Positions 11,120 through 22,263 of a stretch of 61,411 bases of DNA are shown in pieces. Each line of letters opens with the position of its first letter. The stretch's first letter is position 1. A program made the translations under genes and the position numbers. Origin of the DNA: Spizellomyces punctatus DAOM BR117. Its lineage: Eukaryota. The stretch is from the NCBI GenBank assembly GCA_000182565.2, contig KQ257460.1; one strand, given 5' to 3'. The notes beneath the pieces were generated by a model. It was given only the letters and a program-made list of their open reading frames with translations, was not told where the DNA came from and ran no database searches.

Positions 11120-11960
11120 GACAGTCTCATGTGGTATCCGTCTAGCTAACTTGAAGTACTTGAAAGTCACATATCTAGACCAGTATCGGCATCCAGTTCC
11201 GTGCAAACAGAAGTTCTGGTGAGTTCATTTATCTCAAGGCTCTGTGAACGTCTTCGAACCTGTCTTGTTTCTGGTGCCAGGCTGTGGCACTTGCGCTGCA
11301 CCGAATAGGAAGGTCTGCAGATGTGGAACTTTACACAGATTGTCGCCAAGTAATCTTAAGTAAGTGCTCGCTAGTCAACCTATAGAACAGCATGTGTATT
11401 AATTTCCTGATTTTAGCCATGAATTCATTACACAAGGAACCTGCGAAAACAAAAGTGTATCCCTTCGAGGGAGCCCTATATCAGGTATACATTGTGTAAA
11501 CTGGAAATGTGAGACTCTGGCGACGATGCTGACTTGTTTATTAGCTTATAATGTCCCGAGATGCAAGTACCACCATTCATTGGATTAAAGGGCATTCGAA
11601 TAACTACGGAAATGAGGAAGCAGATATGTTAGCAGAGATTGCTGCAATGTCATTGTTAACTACATGGAGACAGGTATTAGCTTGGGACACATCTTGCATA
11701 GCCACCTTCTTCTGATATATATGTTTGTATAGCAAAATGTATCGCACTGGCTGCATACAATCGGAGAGGCAAAGCCATACAAAGATCAGCGACGAGAAGC
11801 TAAGCAGATAAAAGCTGCTTATTCCCCCCGAAAGTCGTATAATCTCAGTGTCTTGCAGCTTCCGGGATTTCCCCAAATCAATCCTTGGAACCAGACTTCA
11901 TCTGTGACTTCTGCTCTTAGCGGAGCGGTTGCAGCGAACCTGACGAACCCCGTAAGATCA

Positions 11961-12401
11961 ATGAATGGATCAAAAAAGCGGAAACTGCAGGCTACGGAGG
12001 ATGTCGGCAATCCTGTAAAAAAGAGGGCCAAAAAGAAAACGAAGAAAAAGAAGACCAAGAAAAAGCACGACATCTCGATTAAAGCTGCTCCGCAAACGGC
12101 TGAGAGTTCCGCGAAAATCTCAGAGGTCCAAAAACAGAGCCAGACGAAGGCGAAAGATCGGCAGGCCGATCATAACTTGACACCAATCTCAGGCAATTCG
12201 ACCGAGAATCTGCCGTCGAATGAGAAGAAGGTACAGGAAGCTGGCAATGACTCGATGACAGCTGCAACCGTCAAAAAGAAGAAATCAAAAAAGCGGAAGT
12301 TGCAGGCTACAGAGGATGTCAGCACTCCTGAAAAAAAGAAGGCTAAAAAGAAGACGAAGAAGAAGACCAAGAAAAAGCAAAAGCACGACATGTCAAATTA
12401 A
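11961..12401 (+). CDS. Very lysine-rich low-complexity protein with an internal duplication; the frame stays open to 12539 past a TAA
   Basis: ATG at 11961 and two copies of SKKRKLQATEDV...KKKTKKK...HD, with NLS-like basic clusters. Confidence 0.5.
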   Translation: MNGSKKRKLQATEDVGNPVKKRAKKKTKKKKTKKKHDISIKAAPQTAESSAKISEVQKQSQTKAKDRQADHNLTPISGNSTENLPSNEKKVQEAGNDSMTAATVKKKKSKKRKLQATEDVSTPEKKKAKKKTKKKTKKKQKHDMSN

Positions 12402-12428
12402 GGTGCTCTGCAAACAGCTGAGAGTTCA
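11969..12428 (+). repeat. Direct duplication of about 140 nt (copies start at 11969 and 12284, offset 315)
   Basis: atcaaaaaagcggaa(ac/gt)tgcaggctac(g/a)gaggatgtc... through ...gctgagagttc is visible twice. Confidence 0.9.
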
Positions 12429-13375
12429 ACAAGCACGAAAAAAAAGAAATTGAACAAACGGCAGAGGAAAGCAAGAAGGCGCCAGGCTGAGAAGGTTCAA
12501 AAGGAAAAAGCCGAAAGTCGAAAGTCTACTGCAGGGTAGTTCTAGCGAAGATCTGGTAGATTGAAAATACCCTGCAGCCTTCAGCCGTTGTGAAAGGTCT
12601 GGATGTCGCAACAAAGGCAGCGGCGAGTTCATTTTAATTGTAGATAGCATATAATAGTATTTAGATGGTATTGTAATATTGATGGACACACTGATAGTAC
12701 GACGTCTTTTCTTACATTCACCAGATTGTTGGGGAAGCAGAAGCGCGATGGTGCACAAAACCCGTATCGGCTTATTGATCATTCAAGCATAGTGGGAACA
12801 TTGCAGCGCGTGCGTTAACCATGGGTGGCCTACTGGAATAGTTGAATAATTGCTATACCAGTTCAAACCCGCTGCTATGCTTGAACAGTAAGTAGGTCGT
12901 ATCGCTAAATCCGCCCCAATGCCGGAGAACAAGACACCCCATTCTGGTTTTCTCAATGGACGCTTTCCAATGGGTTTGTAAATCTCATGACGCCATATTG
13001 AGGGTAGTGCCATAATAGCAAATAAAAAGACAATCTGGAAAAGCAGAATAGACACATACGCACGTGATTGCCTTGACTCCCAAAAGGCTAACTCACGTAT
13101 TGACATCTTTGTGGTCAAAGTTTTAGGATTTCTGAATGTTATTCAAGATCCTGTGATTAAGGGATGTTACCAGACAAATGACTGCCATGTTGCTACCTAA
13201 AAATAGCTTGCCCTTAATTAAACAACATTACTCTGGTCTAGAAAACTCGAACATAGCGTTAGAATTGCGCTTGTTCAGTCCGTTCCGATTAAACCTTTTC
13301 TTTTCCGGGAATTTGACGGAGCTCTTATTTTCAGCTCGTCCTGTACTTATTCGAGTGCAACACCATATCTACAAA

Positions 13376-14879
13376 ATGGCAGCACCATCACCCGCATTTC
13401 TTGCTTGTCTGGGGGACCCATATGTGTGTAGTTGCTGGCAGTTTGATATTAAATCACTATTATCCTCACCAGAATTTTTTTTAGTGCGTTGGTTACATCA
13501 AAGGTGCAGTGAAGGCATCTGCGGAGGGATACGGTGCTGCGTCAATTATTGTCGGCGCAGCATTGCCGATAGTGGTGGCGAATGTTGCGATAAGTATCTC
13601 GCGCATTATACGGTCGAAAAGAAATTACAGAGCGTACATTCTTCTCGTTGGTAAGACGGCTATGAAATAGGTACTTGTACCCCTTGATTATTGACTTTTG
13701 TTTCATAGGTTCTCTTGCAATGGTGGTGACGGCTGCAGAGATTGCGCAAAGTGTTTTGGTGTATGAGGGGAAAACAAAGACTACCGTATCGCTTGGGTTG
13801 GGATTTTGGATTATTGGGCACGTATGTCCTGCGTCAAAATATGCTTTCCGTTTAAAGAAACGACATTCATTAGAAGTTTTTTATATTCAGCTTGCGCTTG
13901 TCATTGCAGGAACCATAAGGTTTGCACTTTTGATCTCTTTGCTCAATGTGGACGATGTTACTCATTCGTTATGTAGGTTTTCTATTCCTCTGACAATGCA
14001 CCGATATCAGCAAATCTATATTGGCTTCTCGACCGTTATGATCGTTGCATTTGGGATAGCGCTCCTTACAGTGGGGCTAGGTGAAATTAACACTTGGACA
14101 TTGCCGTGAGTACAGATATATTCCTGTTTTTGATCGTTTCAGCGAGTTGGTGCTGACGGTTTAACCTCCCTATGATGGCAGGAGTTCTACTCCACAAGCG
14201 TTTTCTAAGAAGATGGCAATTCTCTGTCTGATTTTGCCCATATATTATGGGTTCTCAGGATTAGTGTGCTTTAGTTATCAGGTATTTAGTCTGCGATGGT
14301 TTTAGTAGAGTAAGCATATTGAGAACCGGCATCTCAGCTGAACAGGTCGTTGAGAAATGCTCCCATCGCCCATAGTCGCTCTGGTGTGGACAAAGTGGCG
14401 TCTCTAGAACTCGCAAACCACGTTATGATGGCTTTGACTCTCACTATAGTCGCTGTTTACCTTGGATGCTTTTCTATTTTCAAAGGTAACCTTATCCTTA
14501 GCAATTTTATCAAACCTGATAACTAAAAGACGACGTCTCGCACCACCTTCTAGCCGATACCAAGCTGGATTCGCCAACGGCTCTTCTCTTTAATTGTCTC
14601 TTCATCATGTGCGAAAACGCTTTTGAAAGCATCACTAATGTTGTGCATGAGGCAGCCGTATCATCACTGAGCCGATCAAGCCTAAAGTATGCCTTCCATT
14701 TTGGCCTAGTTCATTCGCATGATTTCTTTAGTTCTCATTGTCATTCATTGTTCAGACAACCGAATTCGTATCAAACGGCCGCTGATGCCCCCGCGCCTGT
14801 TCCTGTTCCTGTTCGTGCTGCTTCAAAGTCGGCAGTAGATGGTGCGCCGTCAATATCGCATTCGCAATCTGTATGTTAA
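13376..14879 (+). CDS. Multi-exon multipass membrane protein (about 6-7 TM, possible orphan receptor)
   Basis: Spliced hydrophobic segments ASIIVGAALPIVVANVAISI, AYILLVGSLAMVVTAA, LGLGFWIIGH|LALVIAGTI, IYIGFSTVMIVAFGIALLTVGL and VMMALTLTIVAVYLGCFSIF, followed by a polar C-terminal tail. Exon structure is only partly resolved. Confidence 0.6.
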
Positions 14880-15120
14880 ATGATGGTCTATTTGATAGGC
14901 GTAGAATGGTAGAGTGCTGCTCAGAAGTGAACCACTGCATGGTTCAAGATACCCAAATTCCCTTTGCATTGTTCCTGCTATATAGGCAATAGATCTGCTG
15001 TCATGAGGCTTTTATTTGCATCATCATATCATGCGCACACTCAGAAAGCGCACATGCGTTAAAAACAACCCTGACATTATAAAATATATCTACACAACGT
15101 CCTACTATCGAGTCGGCAGA

Positions 15121-16349
15121 CTACGGAGACACAACCGGATCTTCCAAAGCCTCTGCCGTGATGACGGGGATGCTGACATCTAAACGTGCCGGAGGTATAC
15201 CAAGTTTGGCTCTATCCAAAAGCTCAAATTGTACGACAAAGAAAACTGCAGACTTGTCTCGGCTTCTGCAGACAAATCGCACCGGTTGCCCGTCCCAGTA
15301 TTTGAAAGCATTGACAGAGAACCCGGGGAGCTTCAAGGATATTGTATTGAAGTCGAAGTACGCATCGTAATAATCCATGCAGTACACCAGCTCGGGGAGA
15401 AACGCAGCTTCCTTTCGGGCCTTGGCTTCCGCAAAATGCTTCTTTCGCTTTTCGTAGGCCGTTAAAGCTGGGGCTTTTGATGCGTCTGGAAAGAGAAGGG
15501 CGGGATCTTCTGGTACGAGACGAGAATGGAAAGACCAGGTTCCGATGTTGATGGACGGAGGAGATTGAGGTGCTGAGTGCTTTACTGGTGATTTAATAGA
15601 CATGCCTTCTATGGCAGCGGTTGTCGAGTCAACAGCATCGCCAACTCCTACCGCTGCATCCCAGACCCAATTCTCACCCTCCACGGCGTAGCCCGAGGGA
15701 TTGGGAGGACCATTTGTATGTGGATGTACCTTATTTCCTTTGATCTTTGGCGGTCCATCCTTTTCGGCCATCGCATGTGCGGATGTATCCACAGCAGGCA
15801 GGACATCGTTAACTTCTGGAGCATCAATTTTGTACACTGCCAGCGAATTCATCGCAGATAGAAGCGGCGAAAAGATCCACGGCTTATCCCCACTCAAAGA
15901 CGCATCCAGCGCCGGATCTAGCCATTTTGCAATCTTCAGAGCTAGTGACACACCTGTCGGAGTACGCACTTTTGTATCAAAGTCGACACCGAACAAGATA
16001 TCATCGCCATTCCACTTTTTCTTGAAGCGGCCTTGAATCATTATACTATATCTCCGATTTCTTCCATGGAAGTAGTGCGACTGTGGGTTCGGTATAGGGG
16101 TCGAGGACTTGTCGGCAGCGAGTCCGATATAGTTTGCCATGCGGACAAGGATATATCCTACCAGAGCGAATGAAGAGTGAGTTTTATTCTTTAATTTGGT
16201 TCTTCACAGCCATGTTTACCTGTAAAATGCTCCGAGTCTATTATAATCGGATTTGCTTCGTCGTTCACGCTAAGGGTGACATGACTGGATGGATCGTAAC
16301 CAGGACCAGCCCTTACTCGGAGAGCATAGTCTGCCGGCGATTTTGCCAT
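15121..16349 (-). CDS. DUF1769 family protein (2 exons)
   Basis: N-terminal LRVRAGPGYDP, YFHGRNRRYSIMIQGRFK, DILFGVDFD, PWIFSPLL and C-terminal YWDGQPVRFVCR resemble fungal DUF1769 proteins. Confidence 0.8.
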
Positions 16350-17347
16350 GGTGTAGCTGGACAGCTCCCAGCCTACTGCCAAAGAAATACCCAGTCTATC
16401 ACAGAAACGTCTGCCGCTGGACGAGTTGCAGTCCAGAGCAATTGGGCTGTAGGTATGAGCGGGACCTTCCTCAATGGGTGATCATTGCGTAAGACGCCCG
16501 ACCGGCACGCGTCAACACGTGGGCGCTGTGACTGGCTGTCAAAAAGCTAGGCAGGTCAAACCAAATAGGCTTCACACATGTTATTATTATTATTGTTGTT
16601 GTTGTGTTAGTTTCATTTTTTATCTTTATTTATCAAAGTTGGTAGGAAATAGGAAGAAAATAAAAAGGAAACCGGTGACTCGTTAAAAGCAATATGGGCT
16701 GGTCGTGCCTGGCAGCTGGTTCCAAACTAGAGACCTAGGTTCGGCCGTTGGACCCTGGCTATGCATTCCCTGGTGTCTCACCTACGTGTTCATATCCTAT
16801 ACCCTGCTGTAGGCTACATCATATGCACATTCCATAGAATACAGTAGATGTGTACCAACCTGGTCATGCCATTGGTTAACGATTGGTTGACCTGTGACGG
16901 AATGTCGTGGCGACTGTGTTTCTCCGTTGTCAAATCCACCCCACCCATTGTAGCCACACAAGTGCGAAGCAACATCTGTTTTTGTTTTGGTCTTTGGCTG
17001 ACGCCATTCATTCGTGCATGTTGCTTTTTGGACCAGCGGCCTGTCCGGCGGTCAGGGCTCTTTGTTCTCCTTTCAACTCAGCTTCAACAACGACAAAAAC
17101 AATGCCATGTTTGATTTTACGTAAACAAGTGGCATAGTTTTGCTGAGGCAAGGGCGCACATCTTAGCACTGCCATGTGAGGACCAGGCGTGGCGGAACCG
17201 CTTGACGGAGATGTGGTATGGCATCCCTTGCTGACCGCAAAGCCCTGGACGACTCTGCGGTCGATGCTTCAGGCCACGGGTTTGTGCAGATGACAGCGAG
17301 CTCGCAACCGTTTTGAGGTTACCGCCACGACTGTCGACGATGAAAGT

Positions 17348-17354
17348 TATAAAA
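17348..17354 (+). promoter_or_regulatory. TATA box upstream of the C2H2 transcription factor gene
   Basis: TATAAAA about 130 nt before ATG 17482. Confidence 0.5.
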
Positions 17355-17481
17355 GGAGGACGGAAGGGGCACCTCCGTGTTTCTGTACAGTCAACCATAT
17401 CAAAGGCAAACTTGCAAAGTAACAATCCTTGTGAGGCAGCCTCGATCGATCCCTGTACACATTCACGTAGTCACACCGATA

Positions 17482-18771
17482 ATGTCCCTTGAACAAGACT
17501 TTGTCTGGCCCTGCACAGACGACATATCTACGTTGGAAAAATACCCCTTTGGAATCTCCGCAGAGCACGCAGTTTCCACCAATATACCCACTCTCATCGC
17601 TTCTGATTCCAGTAACGTTCAGACCATTGACAGCTTTTATACCGCCGTCGGGGAAAGTCTATCTGCTACATCCGAAATTATGTGGGATACCCCGGACCTG
17701 TTACATACCAAGAGCGGAAGTACTGATGTCGATACCGCCCTCGAAGCCCAGGTGATGGCGCTGTTGTGGGGGGAACAAGATATCGTTCAGCAATCGCCAC
17801 ATGGCGTCTTCGCTCCCTCTGCTGAATCTATCATGGAGCCTTTCGATGTCCTTGCGGCATATCCAGTTGGCGATGATGCGTTTCTAGCGGCATTGGGCAA
17901 TGCGGAAGCGCCAACTCCAGACGAAGTCCGAATGCCGGCCGTGGGTGACGAGTATTTCGGTGGTGAATGGGCAGAGGATGATAATGGCTTGAAAGCCTTG
18001 TTGACGTTCGATGAAGGAGTAGCTGGCCAGCCTCTATCGAGTGCCCTTCCAGCTGATTTTAACACGTCCACATTTGATGGGCAGTCGTGTACTAGCTTGT
18101 CGGATATTGGCACGCCCTGTCTAGAGTTAACACCCTGTACTAGCTTGTCGGATATTGGCACGCCCTCTTTAGAGTTAACACCCTCTATGACGTGGTCGAA
18201 CTTTGGACAAGACGTGCTCTCCGTACCGATGCTCAGCCCTCAAACTCGACGCGGCAGCGATGCATCCACATACTCTTACGATTCCGATATCTCTTCCACG
18301 TCCATTTCATCGCTTGACTCGTTTTTCGAAAACGAGTCACTCAATACATTTGTCGTCAACGATTCAAAACCTACGCCCCATCGCGCCGCAAAACGTTCAC
18401 AAAAACCCACCAAGGCAAAGAAAATTCACACATGCCCTCTCCCCAATTGCAACCGAACATTTACACGTAAATTCAACCTGACGTCACACATTCAAGCAGC
18501 CCATTCTGGTCTTCGACCGTTTGTTTGCCCACATTGCAAGACGACGTTTGCTCGCAAGCACGATTTGAGGAGACACATCGCGTCGTTGCATACGGCAGGC
18601 CCGCATCCGTTTCGGTGTCCTGGAGCTGGATGCACCATGACATTTGCAAGGTCCGATGCATTGAAAAGACATTTGTTTGTCGAGGCGAAAAGATGGAGAG
18701 AAGGTGCTTCTGAGACAGAGGGTCATTGGGAATTGTTTGCAGATGATACCATAGCTTGTAATGGCTTGTAA
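17482..18771 (+). CDS. C2H2 zinc-finger transcription factor (acidic N-terminal region, three C-terminal fingers)
   Basis: CPLPNCNRTFTRKFNLTSHIQAAH, linker SGLRPF, CPHCKTTFARKHDLRRHIASLH, CPGAGCTMTFARSDALKRHL. Intronless. Confidence 0.92.
   Translation: MSLEQDFVWPCTDDISTLEKYPFGISAEHAVSTNIPTLIASDSSNVQTIDSFYTAVGESLSATSEIMWDTPDLLHTKSGSTDVDTALEAQVMALLWGEQDIVQQSPHGVFAPSAESIMEPFDVLAAYPVGDDAFLAALGNAEAPTPDEVRMPAVGDEYFGGEWAEDDNGLKALLTFDEGVAGQPLSSALPADFNTSTFDGQSCTSLSDIGTPCLELTPCTSLSDIGTPSLELTPSMTWSNFGQDVLSVPMLSPQTRRGSDASTYSYDSDISSTSISSLDSFFENESLNTFVVNDSKPTPHRAAKRSQKPTKAKKIHTCPLPNCNRTFTRKFNLTSHIQAAHSGLRPFVCPHCKTTFARKHDLRRHIASLHTAGPHPFRCPGAGCTMTFARSDALKRHLFVEAKRWREGASETEGHWELFADDTIACNGL
18088..18183 (+). 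repeat. 48-nt in-frame tandem duplication inside the zinc-finger gene
   Basis: tgtactagcttgtcggatattggcacgccct(g/c)t(c/t)tagagttaacaccc twice, encoding CTSLSDIGTP(C/S)LELTP twice. Confidence 0.95.
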
Positions 18772-19053
18772 AATAAACGACAATACGGATTAGTGTAACT
18801 GGATCATGCCCGGGAAAAGCACGCAATACTTGCTAACCTCAATGACATCACATCTCCTTGTGGTAACATCGATACAACAATACATCACATACACAAAATC
18901 TCAATAATATATTTTCAAATAAAAAAGCCGTTTATGGAGGAAACAAGTCAACTTGTAACAAATCTAAACTGCAGAAGTCCATGGCTACGATAGCCTGGGA
19001 ATCGAAAAGGGGAGAAGTGCATGGTCACGGCCAACCATATACTTGTAGAGAAT

Positions 19054-19588
19054 TTAAGCAGACGCAGAGAATCGGCTCCACTTGTCAAACTTTCCAGAGG
19101 GGTCGTAGATCTTTGTGGTCTGGTTCGCTTGGACGGTGTTCCAGGGTTGGGGGTTGCTCCTAATACAAGAAGTCAACGGGTTAACGTCGATTGCAGGGAA
19201 CAATTACTCGCCAAGCCAGAGCAAAAGTAGAGAGATTCAGATAAAATAATCGTTTTCTCGACATGGATTATTTCCGAGAGATTCCCATTGTAACGAATAT
19301 CCATCATCATGATCGACTCTTGCCCAGGAAACAACGACTTACTTTCTGGACCACACGCAGTCTGGTCCTGCGGTCTTGTGCGCTACAAAGTAAGTGGCAC
19401 CACCGACAGCGAATGCCATGATGGCAAACAAGGGATATACCTGCAAAGGCACGAGAACGTCAGTTACAATGCAAGAATTTACGCCGTGAGGTTTCTCATG
19501 TGCACACGGCGAGATACTGCTGGCACAAACCCATCACTCTTCAACTTACTCCAGAAGGAACTTTGGTGAGGGTGTAGTGTCCAGCCAT
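19054..19588 (-). CDS. NDUFA4: NDUFA4/MLRQ (B12D-family) mitochondrial respiratory subunit, 3 exons, about 80 aa (absent from the ORF track)
   Basis: Splices to MAGHYTLTKVPSG|VYPLFAIMAFAVGGATYFVAHKTAGPDCVWSRK|SNPQPWNTVQANQTTKIYDPSGKFDKWSRFSASA*. The YPL-TM-PDxxW..NPxPWN pattern is typical of the family. Confidence 0.85.
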
Positions 19589-20566
19589 TGTGAAAGGTCG
19601 TAGAGCGTAGGTGAAGGATGAGCGATGAGGATCGGAAGAGCAAGCAGCAAATCGTGCCCGAATAGCTTAAATAGGCCGCCGCCCGCGTTTTGCAGTTGAG
19701 ACGCTCATCTTCATCGGTAAAATAAAATGGAAAAAAAAAGTTTTTCTCGTTTGTTTACACATGTTTTCGGCAATATTTGCAGTTTTAGAACCCGTAGTAA
19801 CCCGCAGCTTTTGGTTTCATCCATCTCTGGCTTGGAAAGTGTGGATTGGTCACGTAAGCAGCCCTCCGCTCCGACGCTCCATTCATGGCCGGAATGAGCT
19901 ACTCACTCTAGGACAGTGTCCCGTGGGGTTAGAGTGCAAGGATGATAGGATGATGTGGCGTTTTAGTCCTGGCGCACCTAGTACCTTTCAATTAATCCAA
20001 CCTGTGATGCACCAGTGAGTATTTGTCGCCTATTTAAAGCTCCAATGAATAGCAGTTGAAGGAGCCGAGAATTATTAGTTCTCCGGCAAATCAGGCTTGA
20101 TAAACACACTTTTTGTACAGTGCCCCCACCTATTTAGAGTCCAATGAATAGACGTCAAGATTAAGTGTGCTCCGGTGACGGCCAAACATAGGATCGACCA
20201 TAAGGCCTCCATTCCACCAAAACAAAGCAATTGCGATATATGGGATTTGTGAATGGGTTTTGATTGAAGGATCGCCGATTCCCATTATGGCGAATCGCGC
20301 GGACTTGTCAAACCTGCGTTCAGCAGTTATGCTTCTTACAATCTTGTAACTAAAAATAGTTTGTTTTTGAGGTTACATTGCACATTTCTAGCCCAACCGA
20401 CCCTCACTCAAATAACACCTGTCAATGTTGAACAGTATTCTTGGCAGCATGCGGAGAAACACCAATGTCCAGAAAATTGGGAATGAGGACGACAAGCTTA
20501 GATAAATATGAACTTGAAGGTTGCAATTCCTCTTGCGCACAATTCTATACTTGTTCATAGCTCAAA

Positions 20567-21028
20567 ATGGAAAGAACACAAGCTACCTCTCAGGTGTTTC
20601 GGCCAAGTACGTTACTACAAGCGGACCGTTCCTTTTGCGAAGGAATGAACCGTGCTCAAGCAACCTCCCAATTTGTTCTCGCCAACCACCCTGACTCTGA
20701 AAGTACCATATCCGCTCCTATATTCCAAGAGTTTGAAGTCAGTGTCAAGCAAGCCAGAGCTCGAGGAACAGTTTACGGTCTTGCGTGTAACGACTTGGGC
20801 AGCGCAATGTCTGTAGAATCGCAAGCGACGTCTCGGTCCCGGAGCGCTTCGATTGGTAGTCTAGCAAGGAAAAGCGCCCTGTCGTGTGCCGAATCCTTGG
20901 AACCCGTTGTTGTGGATCGTTTTTCCACGCTGACACGGCCGAAGGAAGGATGTTCGTCGGCTGGGGCAAAATGGGGGAAAGGCAAACGGGGATTTGTCCG
21001 CAAAATGCGGAGATTGTTCGTGCGATGA
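20567..21028 (+). CDS. Small hypothetical protein (153 aa) with basic C-terminus
   Basis: ATG in AAAATGG context, with an internal near-repeat MERTQATSQV / MNRAQATSQF. Confidence 0.5.
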   Translation: MERTQATSQVFRPSTLLQADRSFCEGMNRAQATSQFVLANHPDSESTISAPIFQEFEVSVKQARARGTVYGLACNDLGSAMSVESQATSRSRSASIGSLARKSALSCAESLEPVVVDRFSTLTRPKEGCSSAGAKWGKGKRGFVRKMRRLFVR

Positions 21029-22263
21029 GTTTTCACTTTTGTTATTGGCTTGGTGGGATGTTGATTGTATAATTTGCGATGTACCCGGCGTACCGGTTGT
21101 ATTTCCTTGTATTTAAAAAATTGAGCTAGTCTTAAGCGAAGGGAATGTGCGCAGTCCTCTTTTCTGTGGGATTTCTTTTGACGAGCCTGGTTCGTTTTTC
21201 CTGCATTTTACGTTCTTTCGGAATACCAACGTACTAGTCTTTAAGGTCGGATTTCCAGCGAATCGCTCTTACCAACAGTCTTTTGATGATGGGTTCGGCA
21301 AATGTAACAATTCCCTATATACAGCGTTCTCGTTACAAAGCTCGATCCATATGCCAGATGAATCTGGAGAGCATGATGCTGCATTCAGGCAAAATGCAAC
21401 CTTTCTCATTCTGGCATCATCAAATATATGAACCATGATTCCCATGAACTTCCCTGAAACGTACCTATTTTGGATACTCCATGGCTCGTAATTACCGTCG
21501 AAGTTCATGCTGGGGCTTGTTAACATCTGTCGGCTACGAGAAAGTGGAAAAAGCTCACGATTTGAATCTCTTTCGCTACGATAACTTTTGGTCAGCACGA
21601 GTTAACCTAATCCAAATCATTTTGTCGTCATAGTATCTGGTTGCTCTATCAGCGCACAACTAGTCAGCAATGTCTCCTAAATAGCGTCCCCGTCTAAAGC
21701 TAGTCCGGAACTCCGAAATACACCGGATCGCGCATCGTCATGGATTTAGGTGGAATGCTGTTGTCAAATATTTCTTCGAAACTGTTGTACATGAAATCCT
21801 GGCCCCTCTCGAGAATGCCGGCCGGAACACGGTGACATACTTGGATATTTACCATGGTCCCAACAGAGCAGCACCAAAATTGTGTACAATGAAGAAATCG
21901 TCCTGGTTTTGTACATGTCGCTTTGTCTCTGCTGTAGCTGATGCTTTGTACAGGTTTTCACCCTGTCGTGTATAATGTGTATATGGATGTCACTGGAACG
22001 GCTGCGGGTGTCGAAATACATATCTCTGCAGGACTACTCTGACGCTAGAGATCGAATATATATGCTATATGCAGTAATATGAAGACTAGGCCATTCTGCC
22101 GCCTACGTGAACAACTGCATTAGATCATGCGAGTGTAAAAACAATGATACTACATGCGATTCAGCAAAAATGCATCCATTAAACATGCACAACAGTAAGC
22201 GATGCCTTTCAAAGATATGACGTCTTGATTAGCTTAAAGAGTCTGGGACTATCTGAATCTCAT

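Noticed and set aside
12426-13118. Two abutting minus-strand ORFs, one with a hydrophobic stretch
   Set aside because: One is partly the antisense of the Lys-rich region, and neither has a recognisable domain or supported splice model.
16581-16605. (TTA)n(TTG)n microsatellite
   Set aside because: An ordinary short intergenic simple repeat.
21147-22021. Short ORFs on both strands
   Set aside because: No motif and no convincing exon chain, so left unannotated.
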